Position numbers and translations under genes: made by a program. A stretch of 63,112 nt of DNA, filler included, from Octopus bimaculoides (lineage: Eukaryota): assembly GCF_001194135.2 (NCBI RefSeq). It is 8 parts of 8 records of this genome, joined end to end, with 100 filler letters (N's around TTAATTAATTAA, not from the genome) between each part and the next. Parts side by side here need not be neighbours in the genome. Positions count along the whole stretch, not along the records: positions 26,829 to 36,795 come from NC_068982.1; positions 36,896 to 49,137 come from NC_069009.1; 6 more parts are not named here. One strand, written 5' to 3'. Shown piece after piece: positions 26,729-39,074 of the stretch (position 1 is the stretch's first letter; each line of letters begins with the position of its first letter). The notes under the pieces were generated by a model. The model did not search any database and was not told the DNA's origin. It saw only the letters and a list, made by a program, of their open reading frames with translations.

Positions 26729-26914
26729 NNNNNNNNNNNNNNNNNNNNNNNNNNNNNNNNNNNNNNNNNNNNTTAATTAATTAANNNNNNNNNNNNNNNN
26801 NNNNNNNNNNNNNNNNNNNNNNNNNNNNATGATAACACTTCCAATCAATTAAGATCAGAAGCCATGAGAGCCACTGCCTGGTACTGCATCCGGGCATTTT
26901 TTTATTATTATTAT

Positions 26915-27625
26915 TATCATTCACTTTTAAACTGCATGTTTGTTACATTCACTTGCCAAGACACACCCAGTGTCCTGGGGCAAGTGAAGGATAAGAGATG
27001 TTACAGTATGACTGAAAGATTGGGGAGGGGAAATAGAAAATATCTTCATGTAATACAACACAGACATTTAAATGAATAGGGTTTTTCTAAGGATGTGGGA
27101 AATATTTGTCAGTACAATCTTTTGGATTTTTCTAAGACAAAGTTCTCCTGGGATCTTATCTAGATATTTCTGACACCCCTTTTTTATCATACATAGGGCA
27201 CCTACAATAACAGAAACAGTTCTAGTTTTAAGATGCCACATCTTTTGTATTTCAATTTCCAGGTCCTTATATTTACTTAGTTTGTCAAATTCCTCAACAG
27301 ATATATTTTTATTAGTGGGAACACTTACATCTATTAGTCTACAAATATTTTCTTTCCTGTCTTTAGTAATTATGTTTGGTCGATTAGCCTTGATCGTTCT
27401 GTTAGTGTTGACTGGGAAATCCCAGAGGATAACGACATTTTTACCTTCAACAACTGGCTCAGGATAACGTTCATACCTGTAAGCAGGACTGCTGGTTTTG
27501 TAGTGTTTACATATTTTCCAGAGTAAATACTGTCCTACCCTATTGTGGTTATTTTTGTATAATTGGTCCATAGTCCTTTCCAATAGTGATCGTGATAAAA
27601 GAGTATCTGTGAGTACGCATATCAA
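26915..27625 (-). mobile_element. R4/Dong-like retrotransposon 3' end (RLE domain plus 3' UTR) ending in (TAA)n
   Basis: ORF 27068-27625: HNRVGQY..W.IC, ILWDFPV.T.RTIKANRP, LIDVSVP, KLSKYKDLEIEI..MW, ILRKTL. Homologous to 823-1200; TAA tail at about 26900-26915. Confidence 0.88.
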
Positions 27626-27834
27626 ACAATAAGGTATTTTTCTCCAAACTCACCCTTTCATCAGTTTTATTCTCCACACTCACACACCCCATCCCTCCTC
27701 TTACACAAAGTACAAGATAATTTAAAAGGATAAAATGTGTAAAACTTACACAGTAGTAAAAATATAGTGATGAGCTTCAAACTGAATTAAAATTTCACAA
27801 AATTATACAAAACTATACAGTAAACATTACTGAG

Positions 27835-28225
27835 TGACTGTGTGGTAAGTAGCTTGCTTACAAACCACATGGTTCCGGGTTCAGTCCCACTGTGTGGCAC
27901 CTTGGGCAAGTGTCTTCTACAAAGCCTTGTGAGTGGATTTGGTAGACAGAAACTGAAAGAAGCCCGTCGCATATATGTATATATATATATATATGTGAGT
28001 GTGTGTGNNNNNNNNNNGTGTGTGTGTGTATGTTTGTGTTTGTCTCCCAACATCGCTTGACAACCGATGCTGGTGTGTTTACATCCCTGTAACTTAGTGG
28101 TTCAACAAAATAGACTGATAGAATAAGTACTAGGCTTACAAAGAATAAGTCCTGGGGTTGATTTGTTCGACTAAAGGCGGTACTCCAACATGGCCGCAGT
28201 CAAATGACTGAAACAAGTAAATGAG
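27835..28225 (+). mobile_element. SINE family A, near full length (tRNA-like head, internal TA/TG microsatellite, 3' module)
   Basis: GTGGTAAGTAGCTTGC...GGTTCAGTCCCACTG head; more than 8 homologous copies in the window. Confidence 0.88.
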
Positions 28226-29089
28226 TATATATCTATTATAACTTGGCAATGAATGACTGGCTAGGATGATTTTCTTATAGAATTTGGACCAATCTAAAGA
28301 AGTAACTCTTTCTTAAAGCTTCAAGTATAGAGTAAGTTTCAGAAATTGTGGAGGAGAGTGAGTTCCAGATAAGAATAACTTTGATTAAGAAAAAGTCTTG
28401 CACTTGTGCTTAAGTGTTTGGGCATCTGCCCTGCACCACAAGTACCTCAAAAAATGCTACACTGATAATACCACTGCACACATTTCAGCCCAAAATGAAT
28501 ACCAAGCCCTAACTGTACACACATAACCAGAAAACTCTTGTTGTTTTACAATACTCCACAGACCATTTGGTGCCTAGGGACAACTCTTGATTTTACTCTT
28601 GTTCAGTTCATTTAATTTCGTTTTTTTTTTCAAGAATCACAAGCTGGATGTATTTTTCCACCTCCAATAAAAAAGAAAAAAGCAAATTTTCTTCTATACT
28701 GCATGCTCTGGGGATTGTAGGGTTATATAATCAAGCTGTTATATAATATTCCTGACTCCACCCACCCCCTTGTCAGAAAACAGCTATTATGAACATAGAA
28801 AGAAATTATACATTAATACCTATTTTCGTAAGTAGTTGTATCCGTAAAAATTTTATTTGCAAAGAGCAGAAATTGAAAGAAGATATATGAAATGGATGTG
28901 TGTGTGTGTGTGTGTGCGTGCATGCTTGCACGTGTGTGTTTACGATAGTTGATTTATGGAAAAGATTATGTTAAATTTTTGAAATGCAAATATGTGAATG
29001 AAAATTAAGTTTAGACCTCTACATGGTAGCTAGACCTGGCAGAAATAGCAGCCAAATCTCCCTCAAAACACCCTACTGTCTTAATCCGA

Positions 29090-30900
29090 CAATTCTGCCT
29101 ATTATGTAGTTTGATGAAAGTTGTGGAGAGAGTCATAACCCAACTAATTAGGGAGAGAGTTAGTCTAGACGAGATGCAGTTTGGTTTTGTGTCAGGTAGA
29201 AGCACCACTGATGCTATATTTCTGGTAAGGCAACTGCAGGAGAAATATCTTGTCAAAGATAAACCTCTGTACTTGGCTTTTGTTGCCTTGGAGAAAACTT
29301 TTGACAGAGACAACTGATCCCTTATCTAGAGAGAGATGAGTGGTTGGTGAGAGCCGTACAAGCCTTGTACAGGAATGCTACCAGTAAAGTGAGGGTGGGC
29401 AACGAGTACAGCGAAGAATTCAGGGTACAAGTAGTTCACCAAGGATCGGTGTTTATCCCCCTCTTATTCATCATCGTCCTCCAGGCTGATGACATTGCTC
29501 TTATAGCTGAATCACTACCTAAACTAGCGAAGAAGTTCCAGGTATGGAAGCAAGTCTAGAATCAAAGGGCCTTAGAGTTAACCTAGCAAAAACCAAAATC
29601 ATAGTATGTAGGAAGGTAGACAAATCACAAATCCCTTCAGGTAGATGGTCCTCCTCAATCTGTAGAAAAGGTGTAGGTAGCAACTCCATAAGATGCACCC
29701 AGTGTAAGGTTTGGACACATAAAAGGTGCAGCAACATCAGAAGAAAGTTAACAGGGAAACTAACTTTTGTATGTGGAAGGTACACAGGTACAATAAACAC
29801 AGAAAATATATTCCATCAACTGTCAGGAGGGCAAGCTAGAGGTAATAGATAGCTTCCATTATCTAGGTGACCAAGTTAGTAGTGGAGGTGGATGCTCTAA
29901 GAGCATAGCTGTGAGGATAAGATTAGGCTGGGCAAAGTTCAGAGAGCTCTTACCCCTGTTGGTAACAAAGGGCCTCTCTCTGAGTGAAAGGCAGATTGTT
30001 TGAAGCCTGTGTGTGAACAGCTATGCTGCATGGCAGTGAAACATAGGCTTTAACAGTTGAAGACATGCGTAGGCTTGAGAGAAATGAAGCCAGTATGCTG
30101 TGCTGGATGTGCAATGTCAGTGTGCATGTTCGACAGAGTGTAAGCATCTTGAAAGAAAAGTTAGGCATAAGACAAATTAGATGTGGTGTGCAAGAAAGAC
30201 AACTGTGCTGGTATGGTCATGTGATACGTATGGACAAGGACTGCTGTGTAAAGAAGTACGATCTGTAACTGTGGAGGGAACCTGTGGTAGAGGTAGACCC
30301 AGGAAGACAAGGGATGAGGTGGTGAAGCATGATCTTCGAACTTTGAGCCTTATAGAGGCAATGACTGGCGATGTGTTGTGCTTGAGAGGACTCGTCAAGC
30401 CAAGTGCATTCATGCTGGTGGCATGTAAAGAACATCTTTTGAACATTGGGCCTGACGGAGGCAAAGTGGCCGAGTTCCTTTTGAGTATTGGGCTTCACGG
30501 AGGCAAGGTGGATGAGTTCCTTTTGTGCGTTGGGCCTCACAGATGCAAAGTGGCTGAGTTCCTTTCGAGTGTTGGGCCTCACGGAGGCAATGACCAAGAC
30601 CTTTGGCATTATGTCGTGCTTGAGAAGAAAACCCATCAAGCCAAGCAAAATTGCAGTTGTGGCAAATACCGGTGTCGTGCTGGTGGCACGTAAACACACT
30701 CTGGTGTCACACAAATGGCACTCATACCAGTGGCATGTTAAAGTAACCATTACACTCTTGGAGTAGTTGGCATTAGGAAGGGCATCCAGCTGTAGAAAAC
30801 CATGCCAAATCTGACTGGAGTTTGGTGCAACCTTCCAACATGCCAGCCCAGTCAAACCATCCAACCCATGCCAGCATGAACAATGGATGTTAACTGATGA
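29090..30900 (+). mobile_element. RTE-clade LINE, 5'-truncated and frameshifted
   Basis: RT motifs QFGFVSGRSTTDAIFLVRQLQEKYL...LYLAFVALEKTFDR, HQGSV..PLLF, ADDIAL and YLG; C-terminal MRRLERNEASML.WMC...WYGHV.RM; 3' end shared with SINE family C. Confidence 0.9.
30445..30590 (+). repeat. 42-bp minisatellite, about 3.5 copies, inside the RTE 3' region
   Basis: Units start at 30445, 30487, 30529 and 30571 (RTTGGGCCTCACGGAGGCAA.GTGG..GAGTTCCTTT.G.G.). Confidence 0.9.
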
Positions 30901-31508
30901 TATATATATGTATACATACACACACACAAACAGGCTTCTTGCAGTTTCCATCTATCAAATTCATTCACAAGACTTTGGTTGGCTCAAGTTTATAGTAGAA
31001 AACACTTGCCCAAGGTGTCATACAATGAGACTAAATCTGAAATCATACAGTTTGGAAGCAAGCCTGCACCTCATTGAGACCTATTTCCAGCAACACTATG
31101 GTACTGAGCCATCTTCAATTCTGTTTGACAGCCATAGATATTTATGAACTGAATGTAAACTCTTAGATATATAATGTTAACTCACAAAAAATTTGAGAGT
31201 AAGTAATTTGAGGAAATCACTTTTGTCATTAAACAACAAGAAAAGATGTCAATAGTGTTTATTTTTTCCCCTATTATTGCATATCCCAGTATTCTGCATC
31301 TCAAGCAGAAAGTGAAAAAAAGAAAACTTCACAAGAATGAAGTGAATAAATTAATTTATTGTTTTCTAAATATATCAAAACAAAATGAATTTTGCTTCTT
31401 AAACATACTGAATATCTAATGAAAAGTGTAATTTGAAGATATTACAAAAAAAAAAAAGAAAAAAATACAAACGTCTGCAAATATTGCAGAAATGTCCTTG
31501 GAATTTCA

Positions 31509-31762
31509 TCACCTAGACCTTTTGAGTGACATTTTTCTAAGTCTACGCCAATATGCACGATCTTTTGGATCTAAGTCATCTAGTGTTGGTGGTGGACCTG
31601 TATTTAACTGCCACAACCAATCAGGATATTCATGATCTGCCTTGATTTCAATCCTATCACTATTTTCAACAATATTGGCACCACATACATATTTTAGAAG
31701 CTTGTCAACATCAGTTTCAACAGGGAGCTTTTCTTTCTTGACTGGCTGGGCAGACATTTTAA
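31509..31762 (-). CDS. MRPL54: 39S mitoribosomal protein L54 (mL54), exon 2
   Basis: LPVETDVDKLLKYVCGANI...IKADHEYPDWLWQLNTGPPPTLDDLDPKDRAYWRRLRK matches the mL54 core (YPEWL..L.LGPP.TL.ELDP....YWRRLRK). TTTCACAG acceptor, phase 1; AATAAA at 31360-31355. Confidence 0.93.
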
Positions 31763-31999
31763 CTGTGAAACAAAGAAACGAAAATCTTCATCAGCATCAT
31801 CATCAAAAACATAAAACAAGGAAAATATCAAAATCATTAGAAATTGCATGGGTTAGATAGAATAGTTGTTCTTTTGCACTCTTTAAATATTTTTAAAGCT
31901 GATTTTCTTATGATAGAAACTAACTAGTGTGCTGAAAATGGATGAACTTAATCATGAATTTAAAACATTTCCATCTTTGATGATGAGAAGAACAATGGC

Positions 32000-32189
32000 T
32001 TCAAATTTTAGCACAAGGCCAACAACTTCATTGACCCCCAGTACTAAACTGGTACTTATTTTATTGACCCTGAAAGGATGAAAGGCAAAGTAACCTTGAC
32101 AGAATTTGAACTCAGAATGCAAAGACAGACGAAATGCCATAAAGCATTTTGCCCAGTGTACTAACAATTCTGCCAGTTTATCACCTTAA
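32000..32189 (-). mobile_element. SINE family B copy (in the MRPL54 intron)
   Basis: Reverse complement of the 116-321 family. Confidence 0.8.
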
Positions 32190-32664
32190 GAATAATAATA
32201 ATGACACAATGCAATATGAGAAATTTGAAGACACAAAACTATGACTTAGTAAATTCAAGAGTTTGACAATTTAGATTGTTTCATTCAGCCAATGTAAACG
32301 TTTTTTTTCTTTTTCTTTTTAACGTAAAGGTTTGAAAGTGAAATGCTAAGATTTTATTTAAAACATAGATACAGAAATTAAATCAAAGTAACAACTGGCT
32401 CCTAATCACCTAGACATGTGCAAAAACCCATTTTTTTAATAGTGGGGAATGTACTCTCCAACATAGGTTATTAGATTGAGACTGGAGAAGATTAGAACAT
32501 GAAACATAATTAAAAGATAGACACAGAAGTTGGAAACTTTCCTTTGTTAGCAATATAATATCTATTTAGAAAAGAAAGATGACTGACTACTCATAGATTG
32601 AAATGAGTGCCAGGTAGATGGCAAAGTTGTTTTAAAAGAGCCTAGAGAATAAGGCCATGCAAAA

Positions 32665-32840
32665 AGCACTGGTGCTGGTGTCACATTAAAAGCACCCAGT
32701 ACACTGTAAAGTGGTTGGCGTTAGAAAGGTCATCAAACTGTGGAAACCATGCAGAAACAGACAATGGAACTAGGTGCGGCTCTTGGCCTTACCAGCCCGT
32801 CCAACCCATGCCAGCATGGTAAACGAAGGTTAGATGATGA
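32665..32840 (+). mobile_element. SINE family C (RTE-tail-related, ATG-repeat tail) fragment
   Basis: CACTGTAAAGTGGTTGGCGTTAG..GG.CATC...CCAACCCATGCCAGCATGG...GATGATGA shared with 30760-30900. Confidence 0.75.
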
Positions 32841-33941
32841 TGAAGATGATGAATGGAGTGGAAGAAAGGTGATGATGAATGGAGCAGAGGAAAAGTGTAA
32901 TATTAGGAGTCGAGACAATATGTAAGACAAGTTTAATTAGCTAAGAAAGTAATAAGAATAGTTTGGAGCCATAGCAATGAGAGGTATTTCAACTCTTAAA
33001 ACAATGTTTTCATGTGGATCAGAACGCCATTGGGAAGATGGGTTCAAAATAACATTATCACAAGGCTTGGATGAGTGAAATGAAAGAGATACAGCAGTGT
33101 TACTACAGAATTAGGAATATGGGATAGTGAGGACCTATTTGGTAGAATCAACAATGAAACTAGTTATAAAAGATTAACACAAGCATGATTATTCGATCAA
33201 AAGAGAGAAGAGTCGAGACTCAAAACAATTAGCAGGTTACCAAGCTATGTTCATGGGTGACGGATTGCCTTATATACGATGAGAGGCGACTTAGTTATGC
33301 CTAAGGTTCCTAGATGCAAATCTTTTTAATGACAAGAATTTGGGACCAACATGTTCTATAAGTAAACTTAATCTCCAAGTCGTTAAGGAACTCCTCCAAA
33401 TGTGTCAACACTAAAAATTAAAAACAAAAAAAAGACGAAAGTTTTAGTTACATAAAAACTTTCGTATCTCACTCTACTTATTTTCTTTTGTCAAAGCCTT
33501 AAATGTCAGCATCATGTTCTCATGTAATAGGATGCATTAAAAGGAGGTGTATTATGAATTTCAACATTTTTGGTCCACTGGTTTATGTTTTATAAACAAC
33601 AAAATAGTTTTTACATCACTTATTTTCTTTTCTCCCCTCACCACATATATGAAAACATGCTACGATCTGGCCATGACAAAAATCAAAAAAGCTGGAAAAG
33701 TGACATACAACAAATTATGCCGCTTAACTATATTTTAGTTATATATATGTGTGTGTTTCTATACACACGTGTTTAATTCTTAACATGCCTATACAAGTGG
33801 GACCCTGTTTAACTTTCAATAACTTAAAGCTTAGATGACTCTAAGACGAGAAGCAGAAAACTTTAAATCTTTGATGTAAAAAGTAATGAAGCAATGAAGA
33901 ATTTTTTCTCATGAATAAAAATAAACAGATATACCACTCAC

Positions 33942-34059
33942 CTCCAGCTAGTTTCTTGGCATGTCTGATACACGCATAACTAAAAGGAGAATTAGGTAAA
34001 GCTCTTTTTGATTGCAATGTCAGACTACACAAAGCTAGTCGATGAAAGGTGACTGCCAT
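33942..34059 (-). CDS. MRPL54: MRPL54 exon 1 (presequence-like MAVTFHRLALCSLTLQSKRALPNSPFSYACIRHAKKLAG)
   Basis: R/S/L-rich peptide with no acidic residues, ending RHAKK (cf. the mL54 YAKK motif). GAG|GTGAGT donor in phase 1 joins exon 2 in frame. An alternative in-frame ATG lies at 34092. Confidence 0.85.
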
Positions 34060-34699
34060 TTTAACTTTGAGTGCGACGGAGTTATTTCCCATTTTCTTAT
34101 CCACCTAATGTACCCAATATAAATTGTTTCCGCCTCATATGTATTCTATCATGTACACATACATATATATTTAAATGCATCAGCGTTAATAGATTTGTTT
34201 TCTTAAATTGAAACACTGGTCATCTCTTGGTATTCTAGCATCTCTCCACTTTTTATTTATATATTCATTTTGCATTTTAGTACATACGCCTCAGCAAATG
34301 AAACAGAACAGATTAAATATAAATAGGAAAGAATTGGTTTTGTAGACTTTTGTCTTAACTGAATGTGAAAAGAAAACGTAATTTCATTTCCATCTGAATG
34401 TACATCTTTTAGAACATTGTCATTTTATAAGATTTTGCTAGCAGACTACTAAACTATTTGTTGACTCCCTCCCCTCAATCACGATTCCTCCTTTATCAGC
34501 GTGGTGCTCCTTTGGAACCACAATTACTAACCTAGCTTTCGAGTTCCTCTTTCGATCCAAAACGGCTAGCCTCGAACAACTTACACAAAAAAACTCGAGA
34601 TAATTGGGCCCCACTAAGTTTTTATTATTTTTTTTTATAAATATATACTTAGAAATTACTTATCAATTTCTAAGCTATTGTATTTTCTGAGAGTTAGTC

Positions 34700-35775
34700 T
34701 TTCTTATAAATTCCTGTCGTCTCTCCAGTGCCTTGATTTAATCTTCAGGAAACTCGAATGCTTGGTCAATGTCAAACTCTTCTCTGAGTCCCGCGACCAG
34801 GCTGCTTTGCCCAAACGGTTTGGGGATCTAGGTTTGCGCAAGTGCTCGTCTCTATTTCTTCCTTATTTTCTTTCCCCTTTTGATAGACAACATCCTTTCC
34901 TCTCCAACACGGACTAATTCCAACAGGATGATGGATGAAGCTCTATTACAATGGCAAGAGCTGGGTTTACCTGTTCCTGTACAAATTGAGGATAGACAGA
35001 AGAAGAGAATATGGGACAATCTGCGTTCAGGTGTCACTTCCAACTCTCTCCTTGATCAATCTGACCAATTTTCATGACATCGCCTACTTTCAACTAATGC
35101 AAAATTCTCGGGGAACTGGATTGATGCCCTGCCTGTGGCTAACATTGGAGGTCTACTCAGTCTAGATGAACTTCGCATCTCCATCCCACTCAGAGTGGGA
35201 GTTGGCATCTGTAGGAGACTGAGATGCTATTGTGGTAGGTCCCTTTGATCTCACAGGCCTTCACGGTCTGTCTTGCCGCCTAAATGCTAGTCTCTTCGCT
35301 CGCCACACCGAGCTAAACCTAATTATTAAGCGGGCCCAAGCTCGGATTAATATCCCCTCAGTTCCTGAGCCGATGGGATTATCCAGAAGTGATGGAAAAT
35401 GACTAGATGGTCTTACCCTCTGTCCCTGGGTTAAAGATAGGGGTCTCATTTCGAACGCCACAATCTGCGACTCATTTGTTTCCGCTCACATTTTGGATGC
35501 TGTAATAAATGGGAGGGTCACTGCTACGGTAGCCGAACGGAACAAAGCTCTGAAGTATCGGGATCTGACAAACTGTGACGTTTGAGACGTTCGGAGGGAC
35601 TGAGCCATTAACCTCGAAGTTCTTGTCAATGTTCGCAGCTCATGTCAGAGGATGTCTGTAAGGGAGCTTGGCCTTTTCAACGTCTTAACTTCGCCATCGC
35701 CCGTGGTAATGCTGCGAGCGTGCTGGCTTGCTTCTGTAGGTTCCGTCGAACCTTGTGGTGTAGGACCAGTTGAAT
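34700..35775 (+). mobile_element. CRE-like RLE non-LTR retrotransposon 3' remnant
   Basis: QAALPKRFGDLGLR, W.DALP, HGLSC...ARHTELN, DGK*LDGLTLCPW..D...NATICD and AIARGNAASVL resemble the CRE-clade zinc knuckle/RLE C-terminus; multiple stops and frameshifts. Confidence 0.8.
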
Positions 35776-35832
35776 CACTTGTGTTGAATTTGTAGTGGCA
35801 CGAAATTATAGCCACCATTAAGGAAGTGCAAT

Positions 35833-35888
35833 CTACGCATGCGCAAGGGACTTGTCTTCCCGGAAGCCTCTCGAGTGCGCATGCGTAG
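35833..35888. promoter_or_regulatory. Inverted pair of NRF1/EWG-like sites flanking a TTCCCGGAAG (ETS/STAT-like) motif
   Basis: CTACGCATGCGCA (35833-35845) and TGCGCATGCGTAG (35876-35888) form a perfect 13-bp inverted repeat; TTCCCGGAA at 35857-35865. Confidence 0.5.
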
Positions 35889-37789
35889 TAAACCAGTACT
35901 TAAAGCGCTTCGCGCATTTTCTAAGCCTCTTTGGCACGATGCCTTCGTTGTGACAACGACTTGCTCCTCTGGCATGCCTCAACGAAGCTCTTAATCTCCA
36001 GATGCTGATTACAAGTTAACCAGCGGCTACCAGGCTGAATGACACAGGTTTTGTAAAGCTAAGCATCACCAAAATAAAACTTATTTTATTACGTTGTTAA
36101 TTGTTCACACCTGCCTTTGTTCTACTGTTTCCTAATATATATTTTTGTTGAAAGGTGATAGAGAGAGAGAGACTAAGTCTCAATGTTGCTATCAACCTTT
36201 TACACATTGTTGGCTTTTTTTTCTTTCTTCCCCACAAATGGTTTCAGTACAGTTTTAGCTGAAAGATTTGAAAGAAGTAAAAGAAGGTTCACCGGTAATT
36301 TTCTTTCATGTAAATAAATGTTTATGCTAATTTAAGAATTTGCCGGTTTTACTGAATTAAAGGAACTCACTCCTAAAATATTGCAAATGTTAGTCATACA
36401 AGTCAAATAATTTCTAAAACTACAAACTTATTGCAATTGGAAATTAACTTACCTTCACTTAATAAAAGTAATTAATAAACATTTATGTACAACAAGATAA
36501 AGTAATTAAACTACAGTTTTGAAACCTTTCGCAGTGAGATTTCAAACATGCGAAAAGTCTTATTTTCGTGACAGAAAAAAATAAATAAATAAAGGAGATA
36601 GCGCTAGCGTGCTTCACGGTTTAAATCACGAATATTTAAATTCATGAATTTCAAGTGTTTTATTATTTTTGTAATCTATATCTATAAAACTCAAAATGTG
36701 TGTGTGTGTGCTTTATATGCGTTTCCACATTTTTCATCCGATTTTTATGGAATCTTTTTATTAAATGGGAAATTTACCTAGGCAGGTCACTGCCANNNNN
36801 NNNNNNNNNNNNNNNNNNNNNNNNNNNNNNNNNNNNNNNTTAATTAATTAANNNNNNNNNNNNNNNNNNNNNNNNNNNNNNNNNNNNNNNNNNNNTATAT
36901 ATATATATATATATATATGTATTTATACACATACATATGCACACACACACACACATATATAATCACATGCTACATACATACATATGTCATATGTGTGTAT
37001 TTGTTTAAACAAACACATACACATACACTGCAGATAATTGGGTATATATTTTGAAAATATACATATTATTTTTTATTATTGTTTATTTATTAATTTTTTG
37101 CCAAAATGAAATTTGTTAAATTGATAAACTGGTATTTATTGTCTTCTACACACACACACACACGTCTATATACTGACAGGCTTTCATACATTGAAAATTA
37201 TATAGAGAATAATTATAAGTACAGTTAAACATTTGAGAAATATTAAATATTGCATTATAAAGTACAATAAACAATTTCTATAAATATCAACTAGTCAACA
37301 GCCGATATTTCAGTATTATAAATGCCATATTCATAGCTAGTGAAAGATCACAGAGATCAGAGACGATGAGATTATAAAAAAAAAAGAGGCTATTAGTTGT
37401 TATTCTGTCAACAAGCACTGGTCTTTGTTTTACTGTAGCCTTTTGTGATGTGAAAATGTCTAAACAGGTAGTTGTTCAATAATTGGTCCCAAAACTCTTC
37501 TAGTTTTCAATGAAAAACATGTCTGGCCATGGGGGAAATGTTACCTTGCTTGAAATATGTGAGGGTTGGTGCCAGGAAGGGCATCAAGCTATAGACAATG
37601 TCTCAATAAACTCTCTTGGACCAATGCAAGTGTGGAAAATTGGATTTTAAATTCATTACAATATATGTATACAGTGATAAATATATGTGCGCATGAGTGT
37701 ATATGTGGTGCCCCAGCATGGCCACAGTATGAAACAAGTAACAGATAAAAGATATATATATAAATACACACACAATCACATATATCATC

Positions 37790-38070
37790 ATCATCATTAT
37801 CATCATTTAACATCCCTTGTCCATGTTGGCATGGGTTGGACATTTTGACTGGGGCTGGTAAGCTGGAAGGCTGCACCAGAAACCAGTCTGATTTGGCATG
37901 GTTTTCTGTGGCTGGATGCCCTTCCTAATGCCAACCACCCCAAGAGTCTAACGGGTGCTTTTATGTACCACCAGCATGGGTGCCATTTGTGCGACACTGG
38001 TATCTGTCACGACTGTGATTTCGCTCAAGCATGACATAATGCCAAAGGTCTCGGTCATTGCCTCAGTGAG
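37790..38070 (-). mobile_element. SINE family C / RTE 3' fragment
   Basis: Reverse complement of the 30570-30900 RTE tail with a (CAT)n tail. Confidence 0.75.
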
Positions 38071-38084
38071 GCCCAATGTATGTA

Positions 38085-38280
38085 TGTGTGTGTTTGATAG
38101 ATCGCTGACCACGACATTCAAATTTTTTTTCTCTGTGTTTTTCTCCTTATTCTTTCTGTTGAAGAGCGTAGCTCGAAACGTTAAAGACTTTCTCTATTCC
38201 CGAGCGTTAAACTAATACATCCTTTTGTTGTTTACACCACCTGTCCTCGTGTGTTGTTTTTTTCGTAAATTCTCCCATAT
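38085..38280. mobile_element. Possible Penelope-type pseudo-LTR fragment
   Basis: GAAGAGCGTAGCTCGAAACGTT motif resembles PLE terminal repeats (from recall only). Confidence 0.4.
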
Positions 38281-39074
38281 ATGTATATATATATATATAT
38301 ATATATACAAACACATGCACACACATCATTATCATCATCATTGTTTAACGTCCATCTTCCATGCATGCATGTGTAGCACATATATAAATATATATATGTA
38401 TGTATGNNNNNNNNNNNNNNNNNNNNNNNNNNNNNNNNNNNNNNNNNNNNNNNNNNNNNNNNNNNNNNNNNNNNNNNNNNNNNNNNNNNNNNNNNNNNNN
38501 NNNNNNNNNNNNNNNNNNNNNNNNNNNNNNNNNNNNNNNNNNNNNNNNNNNNNNNNNNNNNNNNNNNNNNNNNNNNNNNNNNNNNNNNNNNNNNNNNNNN
38601 NNNNNNNNNNNNNNNNNNNNNNNNNNNNNNNNNNNNNNNNNNNNNNNNNNNNNNNNNNNNNNNNNNNNNNNNNNNNNNNNNNNNNNNNNNNNNNNNNNNN
38701 NNNNNNNNNNNNNNNNNNNNNNNNNNNNNNNNNNNNNNNNNNNNNNNNNNNNNNNNNNNNNNNNNNNNNNNNNNNNNNNNNNNNNNNNNNNNNNNNNNNN
38801 NNNNNNNNNNNNNNNNNNNNNNNNNNNNNNNNNNNNNNNNNNNNNNNNNNNNNNNNNNNNNNNNATATATATATATATATATACGATGGGCTTCTTTCAA
38901 TTTCTGTCTACCAAATCCACTCACAAGGTTTTGGTTGCCCAAGGTGCGAGAGAGGGGAAGCAAGAAAAAGAAAAGAGTAAGAAAGTATGAGGGGAACGAA
39001 AAGAGAGAGTAAAAGAAATGTACAGAATTCAGATACATACATACAATAAGATGAATACAAGTGTGTACGTACGC

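Noticed and set aside
26870-26897. Resemblance of GCCTGGTACTGCATCC to the U2 snRNA 3' region
   Set aside because: The match is too short, and no other U2 elements (5' stem, branch-pairing or Sm site) are present.
27835-27910. tRNA genes at SINE heads (also 116-210)
   Set aside because: A/B-box-like motifs continue into multicopy SINE bodies and I could not fold a complete cloverleaf.
30445-30590. Regularly spaced repeats as a CRISPR-like array
   Set aside because: Contiguous tandem units without unique spacers, embedded in an RTE in a eukaryotic genome.
31500-31511. Selenocysteine or readthrough at the tandem TGA of MRPL54
   Set aside because: No SECIS-like structure recognised, and the in-frame continuation does not resemble the basic mL54 tail.
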